DNA from: Candidatus Shapirobacteria bacterium
Lineage (GTDB): Bacteria; Patescibacteriota; Microgenomatia; UBA12405
Assembly (NCBI GenBank): GCA_022837635.1
Contig: JALHFY010000001.1
Coordinates: forward strand, 160,136-224,135
DNA length: 64,000 nucleotides
Direction of reading: 5' to 3'
The notes beneath the pieces were generated by a model. The model was not told where the DNA came from, searched no databases, and saw only the letters and a program-made list of their open reading frames with translations. This document shows positions 18,341 through 27,105 of this stretch, in pieces. How positions within the stretch are numbered: position 1 is the stretch's first letter; each line of letters begins with the position of its first letter. Both the position numbers and the translations under genes were made by a program.

Positions 18341-18699
18341 AGACCGACACTGGTATCGATTTCTGGTGGTGGTAAGTTGGGAGAGTAATTAAGTGAAGCG
18401 TCAATTTCCTTGAAATCTGCTTGAAAAATAGTGGGAATTAAAGAGTCGTTTAGAGTTTCAGAAGATATGGGTATTTCAATAGTGGGAGTAGGAGCTAAAT
18501 GATGATTGTCTGATTTTCTTTTGGAATTAACAATGAGAGCGGCTAAGGAGAGAATAAGAATGATGACAGTCAAAACAATAAGGGGAATAAATTTAGGAGG
18601 GATTTTTCTGGTGGTAGTAGATTGAGGTAAATCATTATCTACCGGTTCTAGAGGATTAGTGGTGGGGGTGTCAATATTTTGATAGATTTTTTCGTCCAT
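18337..18699 (-). CDS. Hypothetical single-pass membrane protein
   Basis: 120 aa; TM helix IPLIVLTVIILILSLAALIV. Confidence 0.3.
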   Translation of the reverse strand: MDEKIYQNIDTPTTNPLEPVDNDLPQSTTTRKIPPKFIPLIVLTVIILILSLAALIVNSKRKSDNHHLAPTPTIEIPISSETLNDSLIPTIFQADFKEIDASLNYSPNLPPPEIDTSVGL

Positions 18700-18701
18700 A
18701 T

Positions 18702-19409
18702 TTAGTAGCCTGATTTTTTAATAAGAATTGATTTTAAGTCTAAAGCGATTGATTTAAGAGCATTATCAGCATCAGTTAGATTTTTTTTAGCTTCTTCGTA
18801 GAAAGGTGAAAAACGACCTTCAAATTGACGAGTTTGAGACCAAGAGAGAGCTTCAGTGTTGGCATCAATAAAAATCTGCTCTTTTTTAAGAAAATCTTTA
18901 CTCCAATCAACATTACTCCGAGAGGCAATGTCTTTGAGTTTGAGAAGAATTTTTTGGCGGTGATTAATTTGTTGTTGAATTAAGGATTTATCAATATCCA
19001 CTTGAATGGGAATGTATTTTTTTTGAAAATCTGTGGCCCAAATTTCAAAGTCAGCAGCAGTGGTTAAGTTGTTTAAGGTGGCATTCTGAGACAGAAGCCA
19101 ATTTTCGTGAGTTAAGAGAGAGTCTTGGAGTGCGGGGGTATCATTGAGAGTGGTGCGGAGAGCCATCAAGTAAGAACGAAGCATAATGTTTTGAGAGAGG
19201 AGTGTACTTTTGGTAGCGTCGACTTTATCTTGAAGAGAAGTGGTAGTGCGGTACTGATCAAAAGAGTGTTTTTTATTAAGATACTGTTGGTAGTTTTGTT
19301 GGTAAATATCCCGTTGATGGAAATAGTCGGTACGATATTTGTCTAACAAATTATCAGAATCTTGAGCCAAGACGTTTTTAGTAAAAAAGAGAAAAAGTAG
19401 AGGCCACAT
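18702..19409 (-). CDS. Hypothetical secreted protein
   Basis: Start moved to MWPLLFLFFTKNVLAQ (signal-peptide-like); the longer ORF-track N-terminus overlaps tRNA-Leu. Confidence 0.35.
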   Translation of the reverse strand: MWPLLFLFFTKNVLAQDSDNLLDKYRTDYFHQRDIYQQNYQQYLNKKHSFDQYRTTTSLQDKVDATKSTLLSQNIMLRSYLMALRTTLNDTPALQDSLLTHENWLLSQNATLNNLTTAADFEIWATDFQKKYIPIQVDIDKSLIQQQINHRQKILLKLKDIASRSNVDWSKDFLKKEQIFIDANTEALSWSQTRQFEGRFSPFYEEAKKNLTDADNALKSIALDLKSILIKKSGY

Positions 19410-19432
19410 ACTAAAATAGTGTAGCAAAAAAG

Positions 19433-19513
19433 TGCCGCTGAGAGGACTCGGACCTCCACGGGTTTCCCCATACGCTCCTAAAGCGTACGTGTATACCAAT
19501 TTCACCACAGCGG
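19433..19513 (-). tRNA. tRNA-Leu(TAG)
   Basis: Type II tRNA, acceptor GCCGCTG/CAGCGGC, anticodon loop TTTAGGA, long variable arm. Confidence 0.8.
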
Positions 19514-19584
19514 CTCAAAGCTACAGTGACTTGGGTCTATTTTATCAATAATTTGATAAAATAACGAAGCCTGTCCTTATCATT

Positions 19585-19636
19585 GGGTTGGATAGAGCGG
19601 TCCGATGTTCATCGGACAGGTCGTGGCTCGATTACA
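19585..19636 (+). repeat. Degenerate tRNA-Arg-derived repeat, copy 1 (no acceptor 5' strand)
   Basis: ggttggatagagcggtccgatgttcatcggacaggtcgtggctcgattaca; identical to copy 2 over ~50 nt. Confidence 0.5.
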
Positions 19637-19643
19637 ATTTGAT

Positions 19644-19700
19644 TAGCTCAGCTGGATAGAGCGGTCCGATGTTCATCGGACAGGTCGTGGCTCGATTACA
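19644..19700 (+). pseudogene. tRNA-like pseudogene, copy 2 (tRNA-Arg D-arm retained, anticodon/T arms diverged, no acceptor pairing)
   Basis: tagctcagctggatagagcg + gtccgatgttcatcggac + aggtcgtggctcgattaca vs intact tRNA-Arg tagctcagctggatagagcg...aggtcgttggttcgattcca. Confidence 0.5.
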
Positions 19701-19712
19701 GTCTGAGTTTCT

Positions 19713-19789
19713 GTCCCCATAGCTCAGCTGGATAGAGCGCCTCCCTTCTAAGGAGGAGGTCGTTGGTTCGATTCCAACTGGGGATACCA
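19713..19789 (+). tRNA. tRNA-Arg(TCT), CCA encoded
   Basis: Acceptor GTCCCCA/TGGGGAT (G1-U72), anticodon loop CTTCTAA, T-loop TTCGATT. Confidence 0.8.
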
Positions 19790-19792
19790 GGG

Positions 19793-19864
19793 GCGCCCAT
19801 AGCTCAATGGATAGAGTACTAGTCTTCGGAACTAGTGATGGGGGTTCGATTCCCTCTGGGCGTA
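19793..19864 (+). tRNA. tRNA-Arg(TCG)
   Basis: Anticodon stem CTAGT/ACTAG with loop CTTCGGA. Confidence 0.8.
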
Positions 19865-19875
19865 CTTGACAATTT

Positions 19876-19947
19876 GGGTCCTTAGCTCAGTGGTAGAGCA
19901 GTCGCCTCTTAAGCGATTGGTCGCGAGTCCGAATCTCGCAGGACCCA
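19876..19947 (+). tRNA. tRNA-Lys(CTT)
   Basis: Acceptor GGGTCCT/AGGACCC, anticodon loop CTCTTAA. Confidence 0.85.
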
Positions 19948-19970
19948 CAATATATATGTTATATTTAGTT

Positions 19971-21056
19971 ATGAAGAGTATAAAAAGTTTGATAATGGGA
20001 CTATTGATGATGTTAGTTGTTTCCAGACCGGTTATGGCACTGGGGCCTCAGGTTGAAGAGTTATTCACCGCTGGTGATAATGTGGTGAAGACGGGATTAA
20101 TTGAAGGTAGTGTTTTTAATGCAGGTCGAAATTTGAAGATTGATGCCATAGTAAAAGGCATAATGTTTGCGGCGGGAGAAAATCTGTTGATTGAAGGTGA
20201 AAGTGAATATTTATTTGTCGCTGGTCGAATGCTGAATGTGACTCAAAAAATAGAAAAGGATTTGTTTGCCGCAGGACAAAGTTTAATTTTTGATCAAGAA
20301 GAAGTAGGTAGAGATGCTTATCTGGCAGGAGAAAATGTTAATTTTGACGGAAAAATAAATAGAAATTTGTTTATTGGTGCTAAAAACGCTTCCATTTCCG
20401 GTGTTGTTAAAGGAGATGTAACTTTGGGGGTGGAAAAAGCGACGATTGCTGAAGGAACAGTGATTGAAGGAACTTTGAAATATAATGACAATGCCAGATT
20501 GAATATGGCTGATGGAGTGGAGATTGTCGGAGGTGAAAACACTTACAAGGCTCCAGAAATGGAAAAGAGAGAAGTAACTGAGAGAGAAAAGGTAGTTGGT
20601 AAAATTGGGGGATATTTACTTAAAGTAGTTACCGCTTTAACTTTTGCTTTGATGTTATGGTGGTTATTTCCGCAAATTTTTAAGAGCTTAGAAAAGCAAA
20701 ACTTACCCTTGACCTCGTCTTCTTTTGGAAAAAAAGTTGCTACCGGGTTACTGGTTTTGTTATTAACTCCCCTGCTGGCTTTGTTTATGTTAATAACTGT
20801 TGTTGGAATACCAGTATCATTGCTACTGATAACAGTTTACGGATTTGCGATGTTTGCGGCACAGATTTTTGTGGGTTATTTATTGGGAGCAGTATTGCGT
20901 CAAAATAAAAACAAGAAGTGGTTAAATTTAGTGGCAGGAATCATGTTATTAGTGTTTTTGAAAATGTTACCAATGGTGGGTGGATTTATTTCTATGTTGA
21001 GTTTGTTGTGGGGATTGGGAATTCAATACCGACTGTTATTACCGAAAAAAGCCTAA
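19971..21056 (+). CDS. Bactofilin-like (beta-helix repeat) protein with N-terminal hydrophobic anchor and C-terminal multi-TM region
   Basis: Start moved to MKSIKSL; repeated xAGxNLxIDGxIxGxLFxAG units typical of bactofilin/DUF583 beta-helix; 3-4 C-terminal TM helices. Confidence 0.4.
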   Translation: MKSIKSLIMGLLMMLVVSRPVMALGPQVEELFTAGDNVVKTGLIEGSVFNAGRNLKIDAIVKGIMFAAGENLLIEGESEYLFVAGRMLNVTQKIEKDLFAAGQSLIFDQEEVGRDAYLAGENVNFDGKINRNLFIGAKNASISGVVKGDVTLGVEKATIAEGTVIEGTLKYNDNARLNMADGVEIVGGENTYKAPEMEKREVTEREKVVGKIGGYLLKVVTALTFALMLWWLFPQIFKSLEKQNLPLTSSSFGKKVATGLLVLLLTPLLALFMLITVVGIPVSLLLITVYGFAMFAAQIFVGYLLGAVLRQNKNKKWLNLVAGIMLLVFLKMLPMVGGFISMLSLLWGLGIQYRLLLPKKA

Positions 21057-22409
21057 AATTCGGTTTTTGAGTTGACTAAGAAAACTATCTTTAGGGTGGT
21101 AGAGACTGGAATTAGGATTAAGAGCTTGGATAGGATATTCAGGTGTATCTTGCCATTTGAGGTAGGTGTTTTCTAGATAGGAGTCGATGGTGAAAGTAAA
21201 ATTGAGTTTTTGAATTCTACCCGGTTGGGTTAATTGGGTGTCGGTACAGAGATTTTGGGTGCTAATGTTGGGGGAACTTTCATTGTTGAGACAAAGTTGT
21301 GTTTCACCCCAAATAGATTGACCGGTGTTTTTTAAGTGAATATTGCCGTGTTGAGTTTTTTGACTAAAAATTAACAAAGGGAGATTAAGACGATAAACTT
21401 CAAAAGCGGTAATTTGTTGAGGATGATTTTTCTTTTTAGGGAGGTCAATAATGGCTTGATATTCGGGGTAGAGACTACCGTCTTTTTTCAGCCAGGAAAA
21501 ATGATCAAAAGGGTAATCGGGATAATTATAGATAAAAGGAGTGACAGCTTTGACGCGGGTATCCTGATCCCAAATGTTTAGAGCTTGCTGGAGGAATTCA
21601 GCACTGGTTTTAACAGTGTAATAGCGGTTGTTTTTAGAAACGCCCTCGCGGTGAGGCCAGCCGGTTTCGGTAATAAAAACCGGATAAGTTTTATTAATAC
21701 CTAAATTTTTAATGAAATTTAATTCCCAAGCATAACCTTTGATAGAGTGGGCATGTTGGTCACCGGGTAGACCAACGAAGCCATAATTAGGATAAGAGTG
21801 AGAGGTCAGACCATCAAAACTGTCAAAATATTGAGGATTGTACTGATAGATTTGACGATAAACATTGGCAGCCGAGAGACTGAGAGGTGGGTTTTGAGGA
21901 GCGGCGAGATCCAGAGGTGAAGAAAGAATGAAAAAATTTGGATTAAGACTTTTGAATTTTTGAGAGGTGTAAATAAAAAGGTTGGTAAAAGTTTTAATAT
22001 CAACTTCCCCACCCCATTCCTTGGCATGATTTACTTCATTAAAAGGTATGATATATTGCGGTATCATCGGCCAATTAAGAGAGTTAAGAAAGATAGCCAG
22101 TTGATCGATATTGTCAGTGGTGGGGATTTTCCAGGAGTTATTTTCCATGACAGTGGCCAGACGAATGATAGGAATGATATGAAGTTGACGGCACTTATTA
22201 AAAAAATCTTGCCAAACATTTTTATCCAACTGATCACCTCTGATGGTAATGGTGGCGTAACCCCAATCACCACCGGAACTGTTGATAATGGTGGCGGCTT
22301 GATCAATATCACTGGGTTGGGTTAGGTGAAGTCCGAAGGAATTAAAGTCAGATGCTAAAATAGGCTGAGGAGAGAGAAAAAAAAGCAATAAAAGAATCAG
22401 CCAAAACAT
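21039..22409 (-). CDS. Secreted clan GH-A glycoside hydrolase (GH5/GH26-like)
   Basis: Signal peptide MFWLILLLLFFLSPQPILA; FITETGWP nucleophile motif, upstream NEVN-like acid/base (FNEVNH). Confidence 0.55.
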   Translation of the reverse strand: MFWLILLLLFFLSPQPILASDFNSFGLHLTQPSDIDQAATIINSSGGDWGYATITIRGDQLDKNVWQDFFNKCRQLHIIPIIRLATVMENNSWKIPTTDNIDQLAIFLNSLNWPMIPQYIIPFNEVNHAKEWGGEVDIKTFTNLFIYTSQKFKSLNPNFFILSSPLDLAAPQNPPLSLSAANVYRQIYQYNPQYFDSFDGLTSHSYPNYGFVGLPGDQHAHSIKGYAWELNFIKNLGINKTYPVFITETGWPHREGVSKNNRYYTVKTSAEFLQQALNIWDQDTRVKAVTPFIYNYPDYPFDHFSWLKKDGSLYPEYQAIIDLPKKKNHPQQITAFEVYRLNLPLLIFSQKTQHGNIHLKNTGQSIWGETQLCLNNESSPNISTQNLCTDTQLTQPGRIQKLNFTFTIDSYLENTYLKWQDTPEYPIQALNPNSSLYHPKDSFLSQLKNRILGFFR

Positions 22410-22427
22410 ATCTTTATATTCTAACAA

Positions 22428-23513
22428 ATGAACAAAGAAGAAATTATTAAAATGAAGATAGCCCGGGTAGAAAAAGAGATCCGGGAGACACCTTATGATA
22501 AAAGCAGTGAACATCATCATGGGGTATTGAAAGCAAAGTTGTCAAAATTAAGAGATGAATTGGAAGGAGGAATAAATCGAGGTGGCGGTGGTGGCGGGGT
22601 CGGTTATGCGATTAAACATTCAGGAGATGCATCGGTGGTGTTAGTAGGACTGCCTAGTGTAGGTAAATCAACTTTATTAAATGCTTTGACCAATGCCGAA
22701 TCAAAGGTGGGAAATTATGATTTTACAACTTTGGGAGTGGTTCCGGGAATGATGGAATATAAGGGAGTAAAAATTCAGATTTTAGATTTACCGGGGATTA
22801 TTGAAGGGGCGGCGGGAGGTAAGGGTTTTGGAAAAAAGGTGTTGTCGGTTATCAGAGCTTCGGATTTAGTGGTACTGATGGTGGATGCAAAGAGGACAGA
22901 TTGGTTATCAAAGGTGAAAGAAGAATTGGAAGAATCGGGAATTAGGTTAAACAAGAAACCGCCGAAGATGTTGGTACATCGGACTCATAAAGGCGGTTTA
23001 CAGATTATCGATCCACACCATAGTTTTGATAAGAAAATAATGACGGAAATTGCTGAAGAAATGGGATTGGGAAATGCGGTGATTCAAATTGGAGAGAAAA
23101 TTAATATTGATCAATTCATTGATGCTTTGAGTCGATCCAGAACTTATTTACCAATGGTGGCAGTGGTGACGAAGATAGATGAGAATAAAAAACTTAAAAA
23201 AGAAGCAGGGATTATTTATATGAGTGCCGTCAAAGGTATTGGAATTGAAGAGTTTAAGGAAAAGGTATGGGAAGGTTTAGGGTTGGTGAGGGTTTATCTA
23301 AAAAGAGAAAGAAGTGGTCAGGCGGATAAGAAAAAACCTTTGATTATGAAATCAGGCAAAAATTTAGATGATGTCTTAAAAAGAGTGTCTAAAGAGATGA
23401 GAGACGATGTCAGTCGAGCGTGTATTTGGGGTAAAAAGGCTCGTTTTCCCGGACAGGAGGTTAGTTTTAATTTTGAGGTGTTTGATGAGATGGAAGTGTG
23501 GTTTGGGAGGTAA
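22428..23513 (+). CDS. DRG-family GTPase (developmentally regulated GTP-binding protein / Rbg1-like) with TGS domain
   Basis: N-terminal SSEHHHGVLKAKLSKLRDEL (DRG1: [20 protein letters not shown]), G-rich linker, GLPSVGKSTLL, DLPGIIEGA, C-terminal TGS-like region. Confidence 0.75.
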   Translation: MNKEEIIKMKIARVEKEIRETPYDKSSEHHHGVLKAKLSKLRDELEGGINRGGGGGGVGYAIKHSGDASVVLVGLPSVGKSTLLNALTNAESKVGNYDFTTLGVVPGMMEYKGVKIQILDLPGIIEGAAGGKGFGKKVLSVIRASDLVVLMVDAKRTDWLSKVKEELEESGIRLNKKPPKMLVHRTHKGGLQIIDPHHSFDKKIMTEIAEEMGLGNAVIQIGEKINIDQFIDALSRSRTYLPMVAVVTKIDENKKLKKEAGIIYMSAVKGIGIEEFKEKVWEGLGLVRVYLKRERSGQADKKKPLIMKSGKNLDDVLKRVSKEMRDDVSRACIWGKKARFPGQEVSFNFEVFDEMEVWFGR

Positions 23514-24549
23514 GGGAGCGAATTTTTTGAGAACGGGTTTTAAGAATTTCTTTACTGATTTTAGGTGAGAGGGTGAAGAGTTTTTGGGCGGCAGTGTTGG
23601 GACGGGGAGAATAACGGAAAACATGAATTTTTTGAAAAGAAATTTGTTGACAGAGATTGAAGGTTTCAAGAAAGTTGGTTTCAGTTTCGGTAGGAAAACC
23701 GACGATAATGTCGGTGCCGAAAGTAAACCCTCCCCCATCCCCTCCCTTGACAGGGTGGGGAGCATTAATGGATTTTAAGAGAGTAAATTTATCTAAAATG
23801 ATTTTGCGAGTGTAGGGGCGGCGCATGAGTTTTAGGATTTTGTCAGAACCTGATTGAATAGGGATATGTAAAAAATTGGAAATTCGAGAAGGATATTTTT
23901 TAAGCAAAGTAATGAATTGTTGGTCGATACAATTAACAGGAATCGAACCGAAAGAAATTAATTTAACATCAGTTTCTGTCAAAATTTTTTCTAGGAGATT
24001 GGAGAGACCGGGAGTGTATTGGTCTAAATTGACACCGGTAATAATCACTTCTTGATAACCGTCATTGATAGCTTTTTTAACCGTATTTAAGGCGGTTTTT
24101 ATGGGTAGTGACCAGAGGTAATTACGGGTATAGGGAACAGTACAATAACTGCAAAAATGGGTGCAACCGGATTGGATTTTAAGAAGAAAGCGGTGAGTGT
24201 GAGAAAATTTGTCGGCGATTTGAGGAGTGTAACTGGAGTGAAGTTTTTGGAGTAAAGTTTCTTTTTGAGAATTGGTTAAAATTTTAAGATTTTTTTTATT
24301 TTTTAAGTTTTTTAGAGAAGCACAACCAGAAATAATAATTTGGGCTTGAGGATATTTTTTTTGTAGTCGACGGATGAGACCAAGAGATTCAGTATTGGCT
24401 TTTTTGGTGACAGAACAGGTATTGATAAAAATCAGATCAGGGTTAGTGGTAGTTGGTTGATAATTTTTATCAATGAGTTTTTGGGCAAAAAGATTACTCT
24501 CGGCAGCATTAACTCGGCAACCGAGATTAAAGATTTGAAAGGTTTTCAT
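23467..24549 (-). CDS. Radical SAM methylthiotransferase, MiaB/RimO family
   Basis: N-terminal MTTase domain NLGCRVN, radical SAM CTHFCSYCTVP, C-terminal TRAM-like. Confidence 0.75.
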   Translation of the reverse strand: MKTFQIFNLGCRVNAAESNLFAQKLIDKNYQPTTTNPDLIFINTCSVTKKANTESLGLIRRLQKKYPQAQIIISGCASLKNLKNKKNLKILTNSQKETLLQKLHSSYTPQIADKFSHTHRFLLKIQSGCTHFCSYCTVPYTRNYLWSLPIKTALNTVKKAINDGYQEVIITGVNLDQYTPGLSNLLEKILTETDVKLISFGSIPVNCIDQQFITLLKKYPSRISNFLHIPIQSGSDKILKLMRRPYTRKIILDKFTLLKSINAPHPVKGGDGGGFTFGTDIIVGFPTETETNFLETFNLCQQISFQKIHVFRYSPRPNTAAQKLFTLSPKISKEILKTRSQKIRSLTSQTTLPSHQTPQN

Positions 24550-25418
24550 TTTCGAGGATGGGTATTAACAAAATCACGAATATAGTCTAAGACATTCAAA
24601 GTAGTATTCCAGCCTAATTCTTGTCGAGCTTTATTGGGGCCAGTATCTGATTCTCGACGACCGGGATCGTTATTGATGTATTCAATGGGTCCACCAAAGG
24701 CTTGAGCAATTTCAATAATTGAATAAGTGTGAGGATTGGCTAGAGTGTAGCCGTCCCCATGACCCTTTTGGGCGACTAAAATAGCTCCCTTGGCCAAATC
24801 CTCAACGTAAGTAAAATTTCTTTTTTGAGTTCCAGGTTTAGTGACGGTTAGGGGTTTATTTTGTAAATATAATTCTTGGAAACGGGCAATTAGAGTTGAG
24901 TAAGGACCAGTACCTTTTTCTCGAGGGCCAAAAGCATTGTAAAAATAACAGATAGCATAGGGCAAATTGTACCAACGGCCATAGTTGTTAATTAAATCAA
25001 CGTTGGTGGCTTTAGTAAAAGAGTAAGGAGTTTGGTGGCGACCATCACCTTCGATGGCAAATTTAGTACTGGAAGCGGTATAAAGCAGTTTTTTAACTTT
25101 TCTTTGGCGACAAAACTCAACTACAGCAAAGGTACCTAAAATATTTAAGTCATAAACTAGGGCTGGTTCATTAACTGAAGGGCTAACTCGGGCATATTCA
25201 CCTAAATGAAAGACGAGATCTGGATTTTCCGGGATTAATTTATCAATATCCTTGGTGTGACCACGGCGATAATCGACTCCGGGAAAGTGATTGGCTTCTG
25301 AGCCGTTGAAATAGTTATCAAGTGAGATGATTTTATTGTCACTATCTTTGATTAGTTCTTCGATAATATGGGAAGCAATATGTCCGGCACCACCGGTGAC
25401 TAAAATCAATTTTGACAT
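24546..25418 (-). CDS. NAD-dependent epimerase/dehydratase (UDP-glucuronate decarboxylase / dTDP-glucose dehydratase-like SDR)
   Basis: VTGGAGHIASHIIEEL Rossmann, LDNYFNGS, YxxxK region. Confidence 0.7.
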   Translation of the reverse strand: MSKLILVTGGAGHIASHIIEELIKDSDNKIISLDNYFNGSEANHFPGVDYRRGHTKDIDKLIPENPDLVFHLGEYARVSPSVNEPALVYDLNILGTFAVVEFCRQRKVKKLLYTASSTKFAIEGDGRHQTPYSFTKATNVDLINNYGRWYNLPYAICYFYNAFGPREKGTGPYSTLIARFQELYLQNKPLTVTKPGTQKRNFTYVEDLAKGAILVAQKGHGDGYTLANPHTYSIIEIAQAFGGPIEYINNDPGRRESDTGPNKARQELGWNTTLNVLDYIRDFVNTHPRK

Positions 25419-25425
25419 AGAGTAA

Positions 25426-26511
25426 TTATAACTGAGAGTAGGTGTGACGGAGAGTTTCCATTAACTTTGAATAAAAACGAAGATTGTGGATAGTAGATAA
25501 ACGTAAAGCTGACATTTCTTTGATGCGGAAAAGGTGGGCCAAATAAGAACGGGAGTATTTTTGACATAAAAGACAATCACAAAATTCAGATACAGGACGA
25601 GGATCACGATAGTAAATATTTTTGTCGGGAACAAAGTATTCATAATCACTATAATCTTTGTTTTTGGTTATATAGAGACGTTTATGACGAGCATCACGAG
25701 TGGGTAGAACACAGTCAAAAATATTCCAACCTATTTTAACCAGATTTTCAATTTCATGAGGTTTACCGATACCTAAAGCGTAGAGAAAATAATTTTTGGG
25801 GGTATATTGGGCAATGACTTTGGCGACATCGTAGTTAAAAGTACCATCATTTTTCAGAGGCCAGCCACCATAACCCAGGCCGTCAAAGCCAATTTTGACC
25901 AGCTCTTGGGTGCAATATTGGCGCAGGTCAAGATATGGACCACCTTGAACAACACCCAAAAGATAGGGAGTTTCTTTTTTGGTCAGTTTCTTTTGTTTGA
26001 CTAATTGATTAAAAATTGTTTTACATTCCTGGGCCCATTGGAGGGTTCTCTTGACACTGATTTTGGCTTCATCGTAGGTGCTTTTGGGGTCGGTAAAATC
26101 ATCGAGAACAACGACCATGTCAGTTTTTAATTCTAGTTGAAGCTTGATGGACATTTCCGGAGTAAAGAGGATTTTTTTACTATCAAGTTTAAAAGTAACG
26201 CCTTTATCGGTGACTGAGTTTTTACCACCCAGACTTTTAGCCAGTGACATAACTTGAAAACCGCCAGAATCGGAGATGACTCCCCCACTCCAATTCATGT
26301 AGTTTCTAATTCCCTTAAAAAGTTTAATCACAGCAGTCCCGGGACTGTTATAGAGATGAAAAGTATTAACTAAAATACCTAAAGTATGGGTATTTTTTAT
26401 ATCTTCGGAGTCCAGAGTTTTGAGAACAGCTCGAGTGGCGTCAGGGAAAAATATAGGTAGAGGAATTTTTTGGCCGGTGATGGTTTTGAAAAATTGGGGA
26501 CGATTGGTCAT
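25426..26511 (-). CDS. tgt: Queuine tRNA-ribosyltransferase
   Basis: Start moved to MTNRPQF (ORF-track N-terminus runs over tRNA-Pro); TGT core VVQGG, GYGGWPL, zinc site CDCLLCQKYSRSYLAHL. Confidence 0.8.
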   Translation of the reverse strand: MTNRPQFFKTITGQKIPLPIFFPDATRAVLKTLDSEDIKNTHTLGILVNTFHLYNSPGTAVIKLFKGIRNYMNWSGGVISDSGGFQVMSLAKSLGGKNSVTDKGVTFKLDSKKILFTPEMSIKLQLELKTDMVVVLDDFTDPKSTYDEAKISVKRTLQWAQECKTIFNQLVKQKKLTKKETPYLLGVVQGGPYLDLRQYCTQELVKIGFDGLGYGGWPLKNDGTFNYDVAKVIAQYTPKNYFLYALGIGKPHEIENLVKIGWNIFDCVLPTRDARHKRLYITKNKDYSDYEYFVPDKNIYYRDPRPVSEFCDCLLCQKYSRSYLAHLFRIKEMSALRLSTIHNLRFYSKLMETLRHTYSQL

Positions 26512-26522
26512 AGAATGAAGAG

Positions 26523-26596
26523 TCGGGGATACAGGATTCGAACCTGCAACCTCATGGTCCCAAACCATGCACGCTAGCCAATTGCGCCAATCCCCG
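26523..26596 (-). tRNA. tRNA-Pro(TGG)
   Basis: Acceptor CGGGGAT/ATCCCCG, anticodon stem CATGG/CCATG loop TTTGGGA. Confidence 0.8.
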
Positions 26597-26668
26597 CCTT
26601 TGTCCCGTAGCGACGGGACTTTGGCGGGTAAACCCGCATTAGCTAGTGCCCGAAGCATACGGAAAGGG

Positions 26669-26753
26669 TGCCGCTGGCGGGACTTGAACCCACACGCTTG
26701 TTGAGAGCACAAGATTTTAAGTCTTGCGTGTATACCGATTTCACCACAGCGGC
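26669..26753 (-). tRNA. tRNA-Leu(TAA)
   Basis: Type II, acceptor GCCGCTG/CAGCGGC, anticodon loop CTTAAAA. Confidence 0.8.
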
Positions 26754-26765
26754 TGGTGTAGTTCG

Positions 26766-26839
26766 TGGAGCGGGTAGAGGGAATCGGACCCTCGCCGAAA
26801 GATTGGAAATCTTTAGTTCTACCACTAAACTATACCCGC
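26766..26839 (-). tRNA. tRNA-Gly(TCC), CCA encoded
   Basis: Acceptor GCGGGTA/TACCCGC, anticodon loop TTTCCAA, discriminator U. Confidence 0.8.
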
Positions 26840-26880
26840 GTAGAGTTATTTTAGCAGATTTAAGGTAAAATATGGTGTTT

Positions 26881-26968
26881 GCCGTCGTGTTGGAATTGGT
26901 AGACAAGCACGTCTCAGAAGCGTGTCCCGTTAGACGGGGTGGAGGTTCAAATCCTCTCGACGGCACCA
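26881..26968 (+). tRNA. tRNA-Leu(CAG), CCA encoded
   Basis: Type II, acceptor GCCGTCG/CGACGGC, anticodon loop CTCAGAA. Confidence 0.8.
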
Positions 26969-26998
26969 AGGCTTAAAAATTTGCTAAAATAGCCTTAC

Positions 26999-27071
26999 GC
27001 CGAAGTAGCCAAGGTGGTCACGGCACTGGTCTGAAAAACCTGGGATATTGGTTCGACTCCAATCTTCGGCA
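26999..27071 (+). tRNA. Putative tRNA-Phe(GAA) with weak D and anticodon stems
   Basis: Perfect acceptor GCCGAAG/CTTCGGC and T-arm ATTGG-TTCGACT-CCAAT; loop CTGAAAA typical of tRNA-Phe but anticodon stem has a U-U mismatch. Confidence 0.5.
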
Positions 27072-27073
27072 CT

Positions 27074-27105
27074 AACGTAATGAATGTTGTACAATTCATT
27101 ACGTT
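27074..27105. repeat. Perfect 12-bp inverted repeat hairpin directly after tRNA-Phe candidate
   Basis: aacgtaatgaat-gttgtaca-attcattacgtt. Confidence 0.6.

Noticed and set aside
19866-19970. Long N-terminal extensions of ORFs 19866 (+), 18702-19508 (-), 25426-26712 (-), 41092-41799 (-) and 47900-48961 (-)
   Set aside because: The extensions overlap tRNA-Lys, tRNA-Leu, tRNA-Pro, tRNA-Glu and tRNA-Asp respectively. Internal Met codons give proteins that align with family N-termini (signal peptide, MTNRPQF of Tgt, MIYIFHGDD of HolA-like, MEIFT of PolX), so starts were moved.
26597-26668. 72-nt GC-rich spacer between tRNA-Pro and tRNA-Leu(TAA) as an additional tRNA
   Set aside because: No acceptor-stem pairing, no T-loop (TTCRANY) and no D-loop could be built on either strand. 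It is kept only as structured spacer.
26643-26969. ORFs 26643-26969(-), 26668-26868(+), 27126-27344(-), 27298-27525(-), 27899-28081(-) in the six-frame track
   Set aside because: They run across tRNA genes (tRNA-Leu, Gly, Val, Leu-GAG) or sit antisense to a better-supported ORF. Their GC-rich translated sequences reflect tRNA stems rather than proteins.
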